From contig CM082580.2 of assembly GCA_040954595.2 (NCBI GenBank), positions 3,524,783 to 3,588,782 of the forward strand: a stretch of 64,000 nt of DNA, written 5' to 3'. Both the position numbers and the translations under genes were made by a program. The first letter of the stretch is position 1. Every line of letters starts with the position of its first letter. The stretch is from Balanoglossus misakiensis (Eukaryota; Animalia; Hemichordata). The notes below the pieces were generated by a model. It saw nothing but the letters and a program-made list of their open reading frames with translations, ran no database searches and was not told where the DNA came from. Shown one piece after another: positions 41,491 to 52,000 of the stretch.

Positions 41491-44400
41491 CGCTCGTTCG
41501 TTCATTCATTCATTCATTCATTCATCCATCCATCCATCCATCCATCCATCCATTCCTTCCTTCCTTCCTTCATTCATTCATTCATTCATTCATTCATTCA
41601 TTCATTCATCCATCCATCCATCCATCCATCCATCCATCCCTCCCTCCCTCCCTCCCTCCCTCCATCCATCCATCCATCCATCCATCCATCCATCCATTCA
41701 TTCATTCATTCATTCATTCATTCATTCATTCATCCATCCATCCATCCATCCATCCATCCATCCATCCATCCATCCATCCATCCATCCATCCCTCCCTCCC
41801 TCCCTCCCTTCCTTCCTTCATTCATTCATTCATTCATTCATTCATTCATTCATTCATTCATTCATTCATTCATTCATTCATTCATCCATCCATCCATCCA
41901 TCCATCCATCCATCCATCCATCCATCCATCCATCCATCCATCCATCCATCCATTCATTCATTCATTCATTCATTCATTCATTCATTCATTCATTCATTCA
42001 TTCATTCATTCCAACTCAAGCCATATCAATATTCTTAACTCTATACCTGCAGATGTTCCTAGAGTGGCGTCATAATCCGGCATGGTTTCTTCTGGCGGTG
42101 GCGAACCCTCCTTCAAAAGCCACCGGAAATCCGCACCACCATCATCAAACCACGAGCACGAATCTTCAAACGTGCAAGAAGCCCCTGCAAGACAGAACAG
42201 TCAGGGGTGGAAAACCAAGATGTTGTACACGTTAGCTTATGAGAATGTCAGCGTTACTGCTTCAATTGAATACTAATTCAGGAGGAAAATTAAAAGGAAA
42301 ACTATAATGCTCACCGCACAGTCTTTCATCAGTCCTATCAGGACAGTCTTCTCTGAAGTCACAATACTGCCACGATTTGATACATGTACCGTCCGCACAA
42401 GCCCATTCGTCAGCATCACAAGTTGAGGCCTCAACTGTGTTTGTAAACAAACAAACAAACAAACAAACAAACAAACAAACAAACAAACAAACAAACAAAC
42501 AAACAAACAAACAAACAAACAAACAAACAATTTATACTAGAAATGCATCAGCCTTGTGAGCGTACTCCATCGACAGAGGCCCGGTTCATCATAAGGCAAA
42601 TTTGGTTTCTGTTTTCAAAGAATACATTGCTTCACAGACTACCTTGGAATGTTATACGAATAGATGCTTACTTGAACATGACTAACCGACGACGTAACAT
42701 ATACTGTATATCTCTCTGCCACAAAATTGCCCGCGTGTAAACTATAGTTGAAGTTTAAAATTGTTCAGTGCGCTTTAGGTATTGCTACTCAGCAAAATGA
42801 TAGGAATTAAAGTTGTATTACACAAAATTATCGTGTCAGGCGTGTCAATAAACAATTATGTGTTAACTCGATATCCTTATCACATGTAACACAAGAAGGA
42901 AGAAAACAGATTATTATCGATAAAATATCTACTATTTCTGAATGTTGAAGTCAAGAATGCTTTAGTCAGGCGTTGTATTAAGGTATGCCCATGCAGCTGA
43001 TGTAATTTGTCATTCTGATCTGTTTATGCTATGTTGAGCTTTGTCCGACAGAAAACTGTCCGTCTTAACTTCGACCCTTATTGTGTAAACGCACCTTAAC
43101 AATAACAAATTATTGGAAAACTTTGAATGAAAAATTACAGTACAACATTTTGACAAATTCCCCACCCGCTTCCTTAGAATCTTTCACCTCATATCATTTG
43201 TAATATTCCAGGCATTTGTAAAATAGGAAGTGTAATGTTTTGTACGTACCACATCCAAGTTCGTCCCTTCCATTGGAACATTGCTTATTTGAATCGCAAA
43301 CCTGACTCCATGAGATGCATTTACCATCTCCACAGGCGAACAAACCAGTACAATTTGGCGTAGACGCTGGATCTCCCACAGTAAAATATACAGCCAACAG
43401 AATACCTATCATGATAAAACAATAGTAAAATCAAAATTAATTTTTTGTTCAGCTCAGTCAGAAAATTAATGAAACTATAATTCTCGGTAATAAGCTCATC
43501 ATTTTTCCCTATTATTTGTTGAATTCACCTCTAAATGATGCGTCTTTAAGTATGTCAACAAACAATTACAGTGTTGATATTGTGACATTTCTCTTTGGAC
43601 TTTGATTTTCGCCGCCATTTGCCCAGTCGACAAAGTTCGAGGTTCCCACTGATAACACGGTCATGCGCAATGTGCTTTGTCCGCAAATACAGCTGTAGTG
43701 GCTGAAGGACATTTGAGGTGTACTTTTAAAGCTGTTGTTTTTAAGAGGGTACTTGAAAATATATCTGCTACTGAAATTACATGAGTTCGTGGAACGAACT
43801 GAGAAATGAATGCACGCTAAAATTCTCAGTTTTATATAAAATTAAAAAAATGTTTCAGTATTATTGATGTGAATCTTCCACAAGCCAAATGGCCGTGAAG
43901 TTGTTAATATCAATATCAGTTTCCCTTCTCTAAATATGTGCTTAAGTATAACTCCAACTTTCCTTGAATGGCAACTTAACGTCATTTGAAATCAGTTTGA
44001 CGAGCCAATACCGAAGTTAAAGGGACGTGTGATACAACATGCATGTAATGACACTAATAAATCCCTCCCTTTGATTGTACTTTTATTTGTTTGGTCCTTT
44101 CACGGTTATTTTCGATATTTAGAAACTTTCAGTCGTTTTGACGAATGCTACTTTAATGACTCTATTTTGATATGTTGTGTTGTACATGCCAGGGGCGATA
44201 TTTGCTTTCTTTTTCTTTTTTTTCAATGTGAGTGGCGTCATTTACCCCCGGCCACGAATTCTGCAATTTTTCTACGTTTTTTATCCGTTTCAGCAATCAA
44301 AAATCTTGTTAATTTATTAATCAAAACGGGCCCTGTAAAGTTGACGGTTATCATGGCAGACCGTGCTTCGTTGTAAACATCGCGTTTTATCGGTGTCACG

Positions 44401-44742
44401 GGGGAGGGCGCTTCTAATATTAATGATATTAATGAGATACTGTAAATGCTGATGTCTCACGTTTTTAACGCACTATGTAAATGAACCGTCTCGCTTATTT
44501 GTAGTCTGGATTTGGGAGAAACAAATTAAAAACACAATCTAATTATGCATATTTTGTCAAATTCTATGAAATAACCAATGCAGGTGTCCGTTTGTCCACG
44601 CCGAATATTCTGAAATATTCTGAAATAGCCGTCAAACCAGTTCAAGACCCGTGACTTGTTCTATCAATGCTTAATCTGACCGATAACACTCACCTGATAA
44701 AAATATGACGAACTTAGCAAAGGATGCAATGCCTCCCCCCAT
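458..44742 (-). CDS. Gene A: giant MAM and LDL-receptor class A domain-containing protein (MALRD1-like family), 3' end outside window; 72 exons, ~3,820 aa, 20 MAM + 9 LDLa seen
   Basis: Exons carry MAM motifs ([31 protein letters not shown]) and LDLa motifs (CD...DC.D.SDE..C). All are bounded by AG/GT with compatible phases. Summed exon length is 11,461 nt (3,820 codons + 1). Confidence 0.93.
767..880. repeat. ~40-bp minisatellite, 3 copies (gagattgcaatgtgaaaatccatccatac)
   Basis: Copies at ~768, ~808 and ~848. The equivalent intron in copy 1 (~18420-18455) has one diverged unit. Confidence 0.9.
7311..7517. mobile_element. MITE, TA-flanked (ta|CTGTAAAACA...TGTTTTACAG|ta); related copy in opposite orientation at ~24686-24876
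   Basis: Terminal inverted repeats, TA flanks and internal tttcgcg repeats. Confidence 0.8.
8456..9898. mobile_element. 1.44-kb non-autonomous DNA transposon at a TTAA site (Kolobok-like termini)
   Basis: TTAA|AGCCCCTATAGCTGCCA ... TGGTAGCTCTAGAGGCT|TCAA (imperfect TIRs). The empty site cattttaagaacaaattattac is at ~26800 in copy 1. No transposase ORF is recognisable. Confidence 0.8.
11381..11422. repeat. (CAT)n microsatellite; paralogous copy at 28497-28538
   Basis: Directly visible in the same intron of both cassette copies. Confidence 0.97.
16569..17011. mobile_element. 443-bp foldback element with 7-bp TSD (CATGAAT) and CACAG...CTGTG termini (P-element-like, tentative)
   Basis: Almost entirely palindromic, with ~200-bp arms centred near 16815. 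catgaat is duplicated at 16562-16568 and 17012-17018. The empty site gcaacttgaattgact is at ~34992. Confidence 0.85.
18108..35924 (-). CDS. Gene A cassette copy 1 (31 exons; 9 MAM + 3 LDLa; 4,983 nt)
   Basis: Exons 35730-35924, 35024-35200, 34173-34349, 33667-33819, 33304-33420, 32493-32717, 31464-31607, 31051-31190, 30436-30567, 29763-29964, 29219-29359, 28562-28687, 28271-28401, 28039-28123, 27648-27767, 27056-27351, 26527-26697, 25131-25368, 24399-24533, 23702-23967, 23431-23548, 23189-23332, 22821-23080, 22529-22622, 21484-21621, 20931-21134, 20415-20567, 19871-20014, 19336-19467, 18506-18642, 18108-18195. All are GT-AG and phase-compatible. Confidence 0.92.
19000..19188. mobile_element. 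189-bp MITE with TTAA TSD (Kolobok-like); older relatives at ~6595-6815 and ~24072-24280
   Basis: TTAA|AGGTATACGGTCACCT ... AGGTGACCGTATACCT|TTAA, a perfect 16-bp TIR. It is absent at the equivalent copy-2 site (~1445). Confidence 0.9.
21955..22120. mobile_element. 166-bp MITE with 5-bp TSD (TAAGA) and CAGTGTTTTTG...CAAAAACACTG termini
   Basis: TSD at 21950-21954 and 22121-22125. The empty site cagataagaaatac is at ~4285. Confidence 0.88.
25597..26153. mobile_element. Interspersed repeat ending in a ~140-bp imperfect hairpin (26010-26151); near-identical fragment at 60812-60893
   Basis: Absent from the equivalent copy-2 intron (~7995). The 3' arm sequence recurs in a gene B intron. Confidence 0.75.
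26236..26400. mobile_element. MITE (tacacccgtttcataattcgagcgccc ... gggcgctcgacttatgaaaagggcgta)
   Basis: Imperfect 27-bp TIRs. It is absent from the equivalent copy-2 intron (~8040). Confidence 0.75.
31871..32288. mobile_element. 418-bp non-autonomous element with TTAA TSD (Kolobok-like GG...CC termini)
   Basis: TTAA|GGATGTACG ... CGTACATCC|TTAA. Confidence 0.8.
36917..37107. repeat. ~190-bp imperfect hairpin within a repeat-dense intron (35925-38250)
   Basis: Arms ctgtgagttaccagaatcatatgctatttccc / gggaaatagcatatgattctggtaactcacag around the apex GAggccgtaggccGA. Confidence 0.9.
38251..44742 (-). CDS. Gene A N-terminal block, exons 1-10: signal peptide, LDLa, LDLa, MAM, LDLa, MAM
   Basis: Exons 44694-44742, 43250-43405, 42315-42434, 42047-42184, 41085-41338, 40364-40586, 39862-40002, 39410-39519, 38774-38938, 38251-38359. 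The start context is GCCAACATGG. Exons 1 and 2 splice to [46 protein letters not shown] (hydrophobic leader, then LDLa). Confidence 0.88.
38435..38560. repeat. Degenerate pentanucleotide repeat (CACAT/CACCG/CACCC)n
   Basis: Directly visible. Confidence 0.8.
41408..42010. repeat. Compound tetranucleotide microsatellite: (TTAG)n, then alternating (TTCA)n/(TCCA)n/(TCCC)n/(TTCC)n
   Basis: Directly visible. It fills most of gene A intron 4. Confidence 0.98.
42445..42529. repeat. (AAAC)n microsatellite
   Basis: Directly visible, adjacent to the exon 3 acceptor of gene A. Confidence 0.98.
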
Positions 44743-47700
44743 GTTGGCGGAGGAGGGTAGGTAGCCGAGAGGGGCTAACCACGATCAGATATGACTATGA
44801 TGGTGAAGCGCTACTATTACAAGATGCGTCGCAGTCTAGTCTCCCCTTTCAAAGTCACGTGACTCTCCCTGTCGTTGTCTTCACCGCGTTACACTTTGTT
44901 GCCAGCGGGCATCTTCACAGTGGGTGGTGGGGATGGGTGTGTAATGTTAAGCATCCACGTCCCGTACCTCGTCCTGTGTGGCGCGGGTCAACCGGTGCTA
45001 CTGGTCAAAACAGCAGCTCTTGTAAATGCCATCCTCGCCCTAGCAACTCGGTAATTTGCAACCCGTTGATGAGCAAAGTGCTGGCTCCAAAGTGTGACAT
45101 GACTCGGACGACACTGGCGCTGCAGGACAGACTTGTTCAAAGTGCAACAAATGGTGATGACATGATAAGCTATATATGAGAAAGAGAATGAAGCGAAAAC
45201 GACGCCTGATTTGTATTTCCCTCGACGATCCAAAACACAATTCCAACATTAATTGATGATGAGCGTGTTTGTTTAAGAAAGCCTACTAATTCTGAGTACT
45301 TTTAATAAGCTCTAAAATGGCAGAGCACGTATATGTACGTAGATTCAGAAGCATATTAATAATTAGACACAAACGCTTTTAATGGTAATCTAATGTGTCG
45401 AAAGACTAAACAACTCGGGCATTTGTAAAATTACCTAATATTATTAAAATAACGGCAAGAATTACAGAAATATGATAACTTGTAATAATTTCCTTTCTAA
45501 CTCGACGCAGTGTCGGTTTTTTTTTCAGGCGTACACTTTGTAAGCAAAAGCCTCTGGATTAAACACACAAGTATTGACCCAAATTATGCCGGTCGCTTAT
45601 AGGTCAGGTTTGCCCTGAGCAGACAGTTGTTCGAATTAAACGTTTCTCATAATTTTGGTTGAGGGCGTTGCGTGCAAGTTGTCTTATCGGCCCCAAAGCT
45701 GAAGAGCGAATGTACAACTGTTTACAAAGATTTATAACGCGGAGTCACTAAAAATAATAAAGACAACAGTTAAACCCAGGGCCACATTGATGTACCATTA
45801 GAGCATAAGAGGGATGGTCAAAATGGGGAAAATTGTGAAGTGAAAATTACTATAAAAACAATATATGCAGATATAGATGCATTAGAAAAATGAAAAATAT
45901 GCAAACCCCATTTACGCAAAATAACTCAACAACACGTTATTTTTAAAACTTCAATTGTTATCAAATTATGTTATTTTTGAACAATTACCCTTTTAACATA
46001 TATGAGCAGCATTATTGACGTTTTCTCAGACAACTAGCACTAAAACTGTACTGAAGTACCGTCTTTAAGATGATAATTATTTTACATTTTGTCCTCTCGT
46101 AGGACATACATACTATGCTTATTATTCAACAATGGCTAGTTGATACATATATTGGCATACGGACAATATAAATAATCAGAAACAACAGAAGTAGGACGTG
46201 TCTGGTGATGTATTTGCACTAATCAATAAACTCCGTTGGTGCGAAGCTAAAAATAAACAACAATAGTGGAGTTCCATTATTACGTGGGGTTAATTCTTAA
46301 CAGAACATGAATTAATGGCATTGGTCTTCGTAAAAAACAACAGTTACAATGCTGTGATTTATTTTGATGTCTAATTTTTTTACCATGCATTGTGAATACT
46401 AATGCATTGTGTTTAATTATGTCTTCCTCTCGGTAGAGAAGCGCACAATTTCGCGCAGATCGCCAGATCACACAGCGAAGTCAACATATATTCTTTGCCG
46501 CATGTGCGCATGAGCATAAATGCCGGTGAGTTTGTGCGCGCATATAGCATGCTTGCGTCATGAATTAGCGACAATTACCGGTATTTCGTTTAATGATTAA
46601 TTGTAAGCTAGGCATATTCTTTAGATGACAATGTGTGACTGCTTCGACACCGTATACGTTTGGGTATACATTATGACATTAAAATATATTAGACATTACT
46701 CACACATTACATGTACATGTTAAAGTGTGTGCGTGTGGAGATAATGATTAGTTTTTCTGCGAACAACACAATAAAAACAATAACTTCACTTGTATCATGA
46801 AATGTAAAAATTGTAAAAAAAAATATGTAATGAACAGATCGGGACCTTGTCCCTTCATATTGCATTAATTCTGCATAGGCTAATGTGTTTCTTGTTTGGC
46901 CGTTGTGAGTTTTACATAAATTCAAGTGCTGCAATAGATACAAATTAACAGCTCAGTAACGTCTCTTGAAGGCACCAGCAAATAGATGGGCGTTATTACT
47001 GTACAAAAGTCAATGACAAAGGTTTTCGTCGGGTGGAGTGGTTCGTCCATATTGTATAGACGTCTGCGCAAGCCCAAGTCTGTATTGTCGTCTAAATGAG
47101 TAGACTGGCCACGGTTCAATAAACTATAATCACAAACACAGTCCATTTAACGATCGAAGTTCAACGACTGCCACCATATTTGTAAATCGCTGATTCGAAC
47201 TCGCGTGGTGAAAATCGTCCTTGTTAAATACAGTAACTCCATGGCCTTTATTCGAAATAATTAATTTAATAACGCACTAAGCTCAGTCGCGTTTAACATG
47301 ACTCACACCACACCACATGTATATGGGATCAACAGATAGCAATCTGCACAGCATATCGAAACAGGGTGCATATAATATATAACATTTTACTTTTAAGTCG
47401 TGTGAGATGAAGAAATCATAATTTGTGAAATCCGGACCGCTGTCTAGTCATATCTCGGAGGCTGGGTTTCTTATACCTACACGCGTAATTTCATATAAAA
47501 TATGAATGTCAAAGTTCATTTAACTATGATCAAGCGCAAACAATGAATCAATACTTGGTAATACACCACAGTCCCCCAAGTTACACTGTCATCCTTCGTC
47601 TGCATGCTAAAGACATACTTCAGAATTGCTGAAAGCTTCGTCTGACTGCACCACGCGCAATTTTGAAATTCACCCATGCCATGGTAACGCTACTATCCAT

Positions 47701-49064
47701 TCTCGTCCAAGGGCCTGTGTTCACAACCTTTAAACTTGACCATTATTAAAATTTAAGGTCAACGTACTCCGTGTTATGATTAGCCGAAAATAATAAAAAT
47801 GTTCACAGTTTTTGTAACTATAATGACCATTTTGCGATTGAAATTTCTACTCACAAGGACGACATGAATTTCCATGGTGGTGAAATGAGCTGGCGCCAAA
47901 GTGGCAGTGCGTTGTTGGAGAATGCTGGCACGCGCTTCAGTGGCACATTACACAGTGTCTATCAACATTGTGCGAATTTCGAAAGAAACGATAAAAGATA
48001 TCGCGACGTTGTCTAAACAAGAAACATCATAGAAACCAATTTATTAGTCGATGTATTTTCAGGCAGTGGACAACTTCATCGCATGTAATACGAACATATA
48101 GCGCCAGACTTCACACTGTCGTTAATACATGTCTCGACAGTTCATCCTATTCATAAATTGGAAATTTCTCATGTGGATTGATTGTTGTATTGACAACGAT
48201 ATTAAGAATGTGCCTCATTACAGCACTGGTACGCTTTCATCGTGATGAAGATACTGTTTACACAGGGATGGTTCATGTGAAAATTGTCACAGGTAAAATA
48301 CCAGCAGAATTGTCTGATTGTGAATTACGCTGGTTATCCGAGACATTTATCAAGCTTACGTGTTTACACCGATATATACACTGAATAACACTTGCCAGTT
48401 GTCATATTTTACCTGTAGAGGTAACATGTATCAGACTAGCACTTTTGGTGAGTAATGTGATAAGACATCTAGCTTCTGTGCATCCAAAATGGAGGTCTGA
48501 TTATTTAGTGGAGTACGCCACGTCTCTCTGTAGCTGCATAACAGAGGAATTTCTGACGAGTACAGAGTAGCGCCCTATCTTATCACTGGACATCAGTTAT
48601 CCGTGTCATCTTTGATGCCACATCCAATCAAAGTCAACGCAAAATAAGAGATTCATCTAAACGTGGTGTCATTCCTGTATTGTTCGATTCGTAATTTTGC
48701 AAATTTGAACATGATAAATATGGCACACGATACTATTTGTTAGCGAACACAGGTGATCTTGTACTGTGTAACGATTCATTCGCCGTCTGCCATCATCAAT
48801 TAACGGCGTATTCGTTCAGTTTGCATGAACTTTGATTCCCCTCTGTATTTATTTTTTTCACATTATCTCGTCCCTGTCCGCCATATTCACCGTTGCCATG
48901 ACAGTCTGCCCATCCGATCCCGTCCCGTCTACCAGTTCGGCTTAAACTTTTAGTAGGCGGTGTCAGTAGGTACCAGCGAACCACTTTAGGGACGGATTTT
49001 CTGACTTTCCAGAGATTTACCCCTTTTTCTGCGAGGATATAGTGGGCAGCCACTTTGCCTCGAA
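44743..49064. promoter_or_regulatory. Divergent (head-to-head) intergenic/5' UTR region between genes A and B
   Basis: The two inferred start codons point away from each other, 4.3 kb apart. Transcription starts were not identified. Confidence 0.55.
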
Positions 49065-52000
49065 ATGACTATCAGATTGCACCTGGTAATATTGTTGCTT
49101 TTCTCTGCAGGTAAGAATTTTGATTTTACTTCGAACATTCCAATGTTTTCAACCCCACAACTCATCATCCTGGATGTTATACATGCATTCGATAACTGTC
49201 GAGGACCTGAGCTGACAAAGTCCCATCGTAATGGCGACCGACAATCCGACTGGCCTCAAATCCTGACATGGTCATAAAGATGTAGTTATCGTCATGTTGT
49301 TTTACAATATCTGCCTTCTGCAAGTGTGGAAATGCAAGCTTGTGGTTTCTTTATTTAATTTAAGTGCCAATACCCTCAATTAGACAAATGTACGCTCACC
49401 ATTTTTTTTATTTCATAAAATCTACAATAATACCAAACTTTTGCGATACTCGCGATCGACGATTGCTATCTTAGCGCACTGAGAAATAACATTGACTTCA
49501 AAATTAGGCTATGTTGACATAATAGGGCGACCTTCACGTTGGAGCGTAAAACCCATAAATTATGAAAACTGGGAAATGATGGCGATGATGCAATAAAGCT
49601 GTATCACGAAAAAAAGGTGGAAGATTGCCACTATTTCACTTTTGTGAACAGCTGTCGACGAGAGCTGAGGCGGTATATCTGCGTTGAGTTTCGTGTCGCG
49701 ATATTTCAGTGGGCGTCTCATCCAAACTCATCGTGTGTCTCAGCCCATTGAGCGTTAAGACAAACTGTCCTTGTCACAGAGCGTTAAATGGGACATTGTT
49801 CTACTACCATGCACGAGTAAAATATTGGAGTTCAGATTAGATTACGCAGACGCGGCCAACAGTGTTCGGGAGCTCAAGTCCTATGCAAGTCGAGAGGCGT
49901 GACTGGCAGATGAAGTACAATGTAGATCATATCTCGAAACAAGTAAAATTATGCAAAGTCTTTTTAGACAACTTACTATTGAAAGCTGAAAACTTCACTC
50001 ACGCATAATATCACGTCTCATAATGGAATGTTTGGATTGAGGTTTGTGGTACTTGCATTTAATAATTCACCTCGTCCAAAGTTCAAGACTGCAGTTCTGT
50101 ACATGTATGTTGATAAGTGCGCGGTTTTGAATAAACACATTGCCGCGTTCATTCCAGGGCGTATTAGAAGATGGACTAAAGTCAAGGCCACAGAAAAAAA
50201 ATGTCGGTTTGCAGTCGTTGTGACAAGTACCATTCAAATAAGACTTAAATTTAACAAGCAGCACTGTCTGAGCTTGGATGGCATGTAAAAAGATAAAATT
50301 GCCATTAAAAAAACGCCTCTATCGCGCTACGTAACCTCACCTGACCAACAGCAAAATTTAATCTCTCTGATAATTTATTCCGTGTGCATGGTGTGACACC
50401 GTGTCCAACTAGTGTACTGACCCTCTTTGTTGAATATGCGATGATGCCAATATTTTTAACAGCAGAAGCACACATACGCATTCAATGGGATATTGGTATT
50501 TGCATTCTTTTGAATCCAATCGAAAGTCAATATCAATTATTGCACAAAACGGGTAGTCACGTTCGACAATCCGGAACTGGATTGTCTGTGGGAGGATGAT
50601 TAGGTGATTTTGCTGAAATGTCAGTATTTGTTAATTTAGTGACTACACGTTATTAAACTGATACGTTTTATGTGTAAAATCTTTATAAGAAAAGCAAATT
50701 CTTTCTATTTAATCTGGTTATGCTGACGGCAGGATTCATTCATCGCGGTTTGGGTATAAAGAACTGCAATCGGGGGGACGTTGTGGTATTTTGAAGGTTA
50801 AAACTAACACCTGTACACACGAATGCTTTTATCTAAAAATAAGTCATCCAATAACCATCGGTGATCTTATAAAATACGTAAAGGTGAAATATTTGTATCA
50901 CCCGGAAAGCTAGGTTGGGGTTATATCCAAAATGGGAGTAGTGTCCTCGATGTTACTATTCACTAGATGCACATCATGTGCGATTATCAGCAAATCCGCC
51001 ATTTTGTTTATTATGGACTCTATTTGGGATTCACTTTTGACCTTTAACTTTTCGACTCTACTGGCCTTGCTGAGGTCTTTATCTACTCTGCGGTTCAACA
51101 AACTTATTTAACAACATGACCAGCAATGTCAATATTATAGACAATTCGTTGCAGACACGGACGGGTCTTCAATTGATTTTAAGTCGGAGACTATGTAGAC
51201 GTACATACACACAGTATGAAGTGCGTGATTATCATAGTGCTATGTGGCATATGCAAAATTTCTTTAAAACGCTGTTGTATTATGTCATTTTGTTCATTTA
51301 TTTACAAAATGTAGCGAAAAGATTATTTTATCCAATGATATAGAGAAAACATGTGTCACCATGCTTGTTTTGATTGAGCCGTTCAGATCTCAGACCACCA
51401 TAGAAAAGCCATTGCATGGAAAGCTCATGATAAATGCTGTCGCGTAATTTTAACCCCATACATTTATTGTAGACCCTCTAAGTTAAACGTAGGATGGGAA
51501 CATTTTGGTTTCTATCAGATAGTGTTGTTCTTTTTAAAATTCATCGATGTATAACATCAGTGAAAACCTGGAAAATGACAATGATAGTTATATCAACCAC
51601 TAGGATGGTTACACTAGCATTTGTTTGATTGCGTTGTAGACACAATGAACACAGTGTTTGGCATAAAGGTCACTATAAGGGAGGTTTCTGTAATTACAGG
51701 GGTGGGCCGAGGGAATGATGGGGGCGGTTACTTTTCTTTTAGAAAACTGTCTCGAGGGCTACTTTTTACAAACTCATTATAGTGATGGGCTGTCGAATTG
51801 GGGAACCTCACTTTTATCAGGTTGTCCATGTGATTTTTCTGAAGAGGAAAATACAAAGAGATTTATTACAAAATATTAACAATGTCAAGATTTAGAATGT
51901 TTGACAGGGGAGAGCACATTTTAGACAATAGTTTAGGGGCAGGTTCACGTGATAAAGTTATATCTATTCCCTGAATTCCCCCGGCCCACCCCTGCAATTA

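Noticed and set aside
44724-45179. 151-aa plus-strand ORF
   Set aside because: Antisense to gene A exon 1 and its probable 5' UTR, with no recognisable domain.
47185-47210. Pol III B-box-like gttcgaatc on the minus strand (tRNA/SINE)
   Set aside because: No A-box or cloverleaf could be built.
50910-51101. ORF segment DLLIIAHDVHL resembling a 2A-like/LINE N-terminal motif
   Set aside because: Lacks the essential NPGP, and no endonuclease or RT sequence follows.
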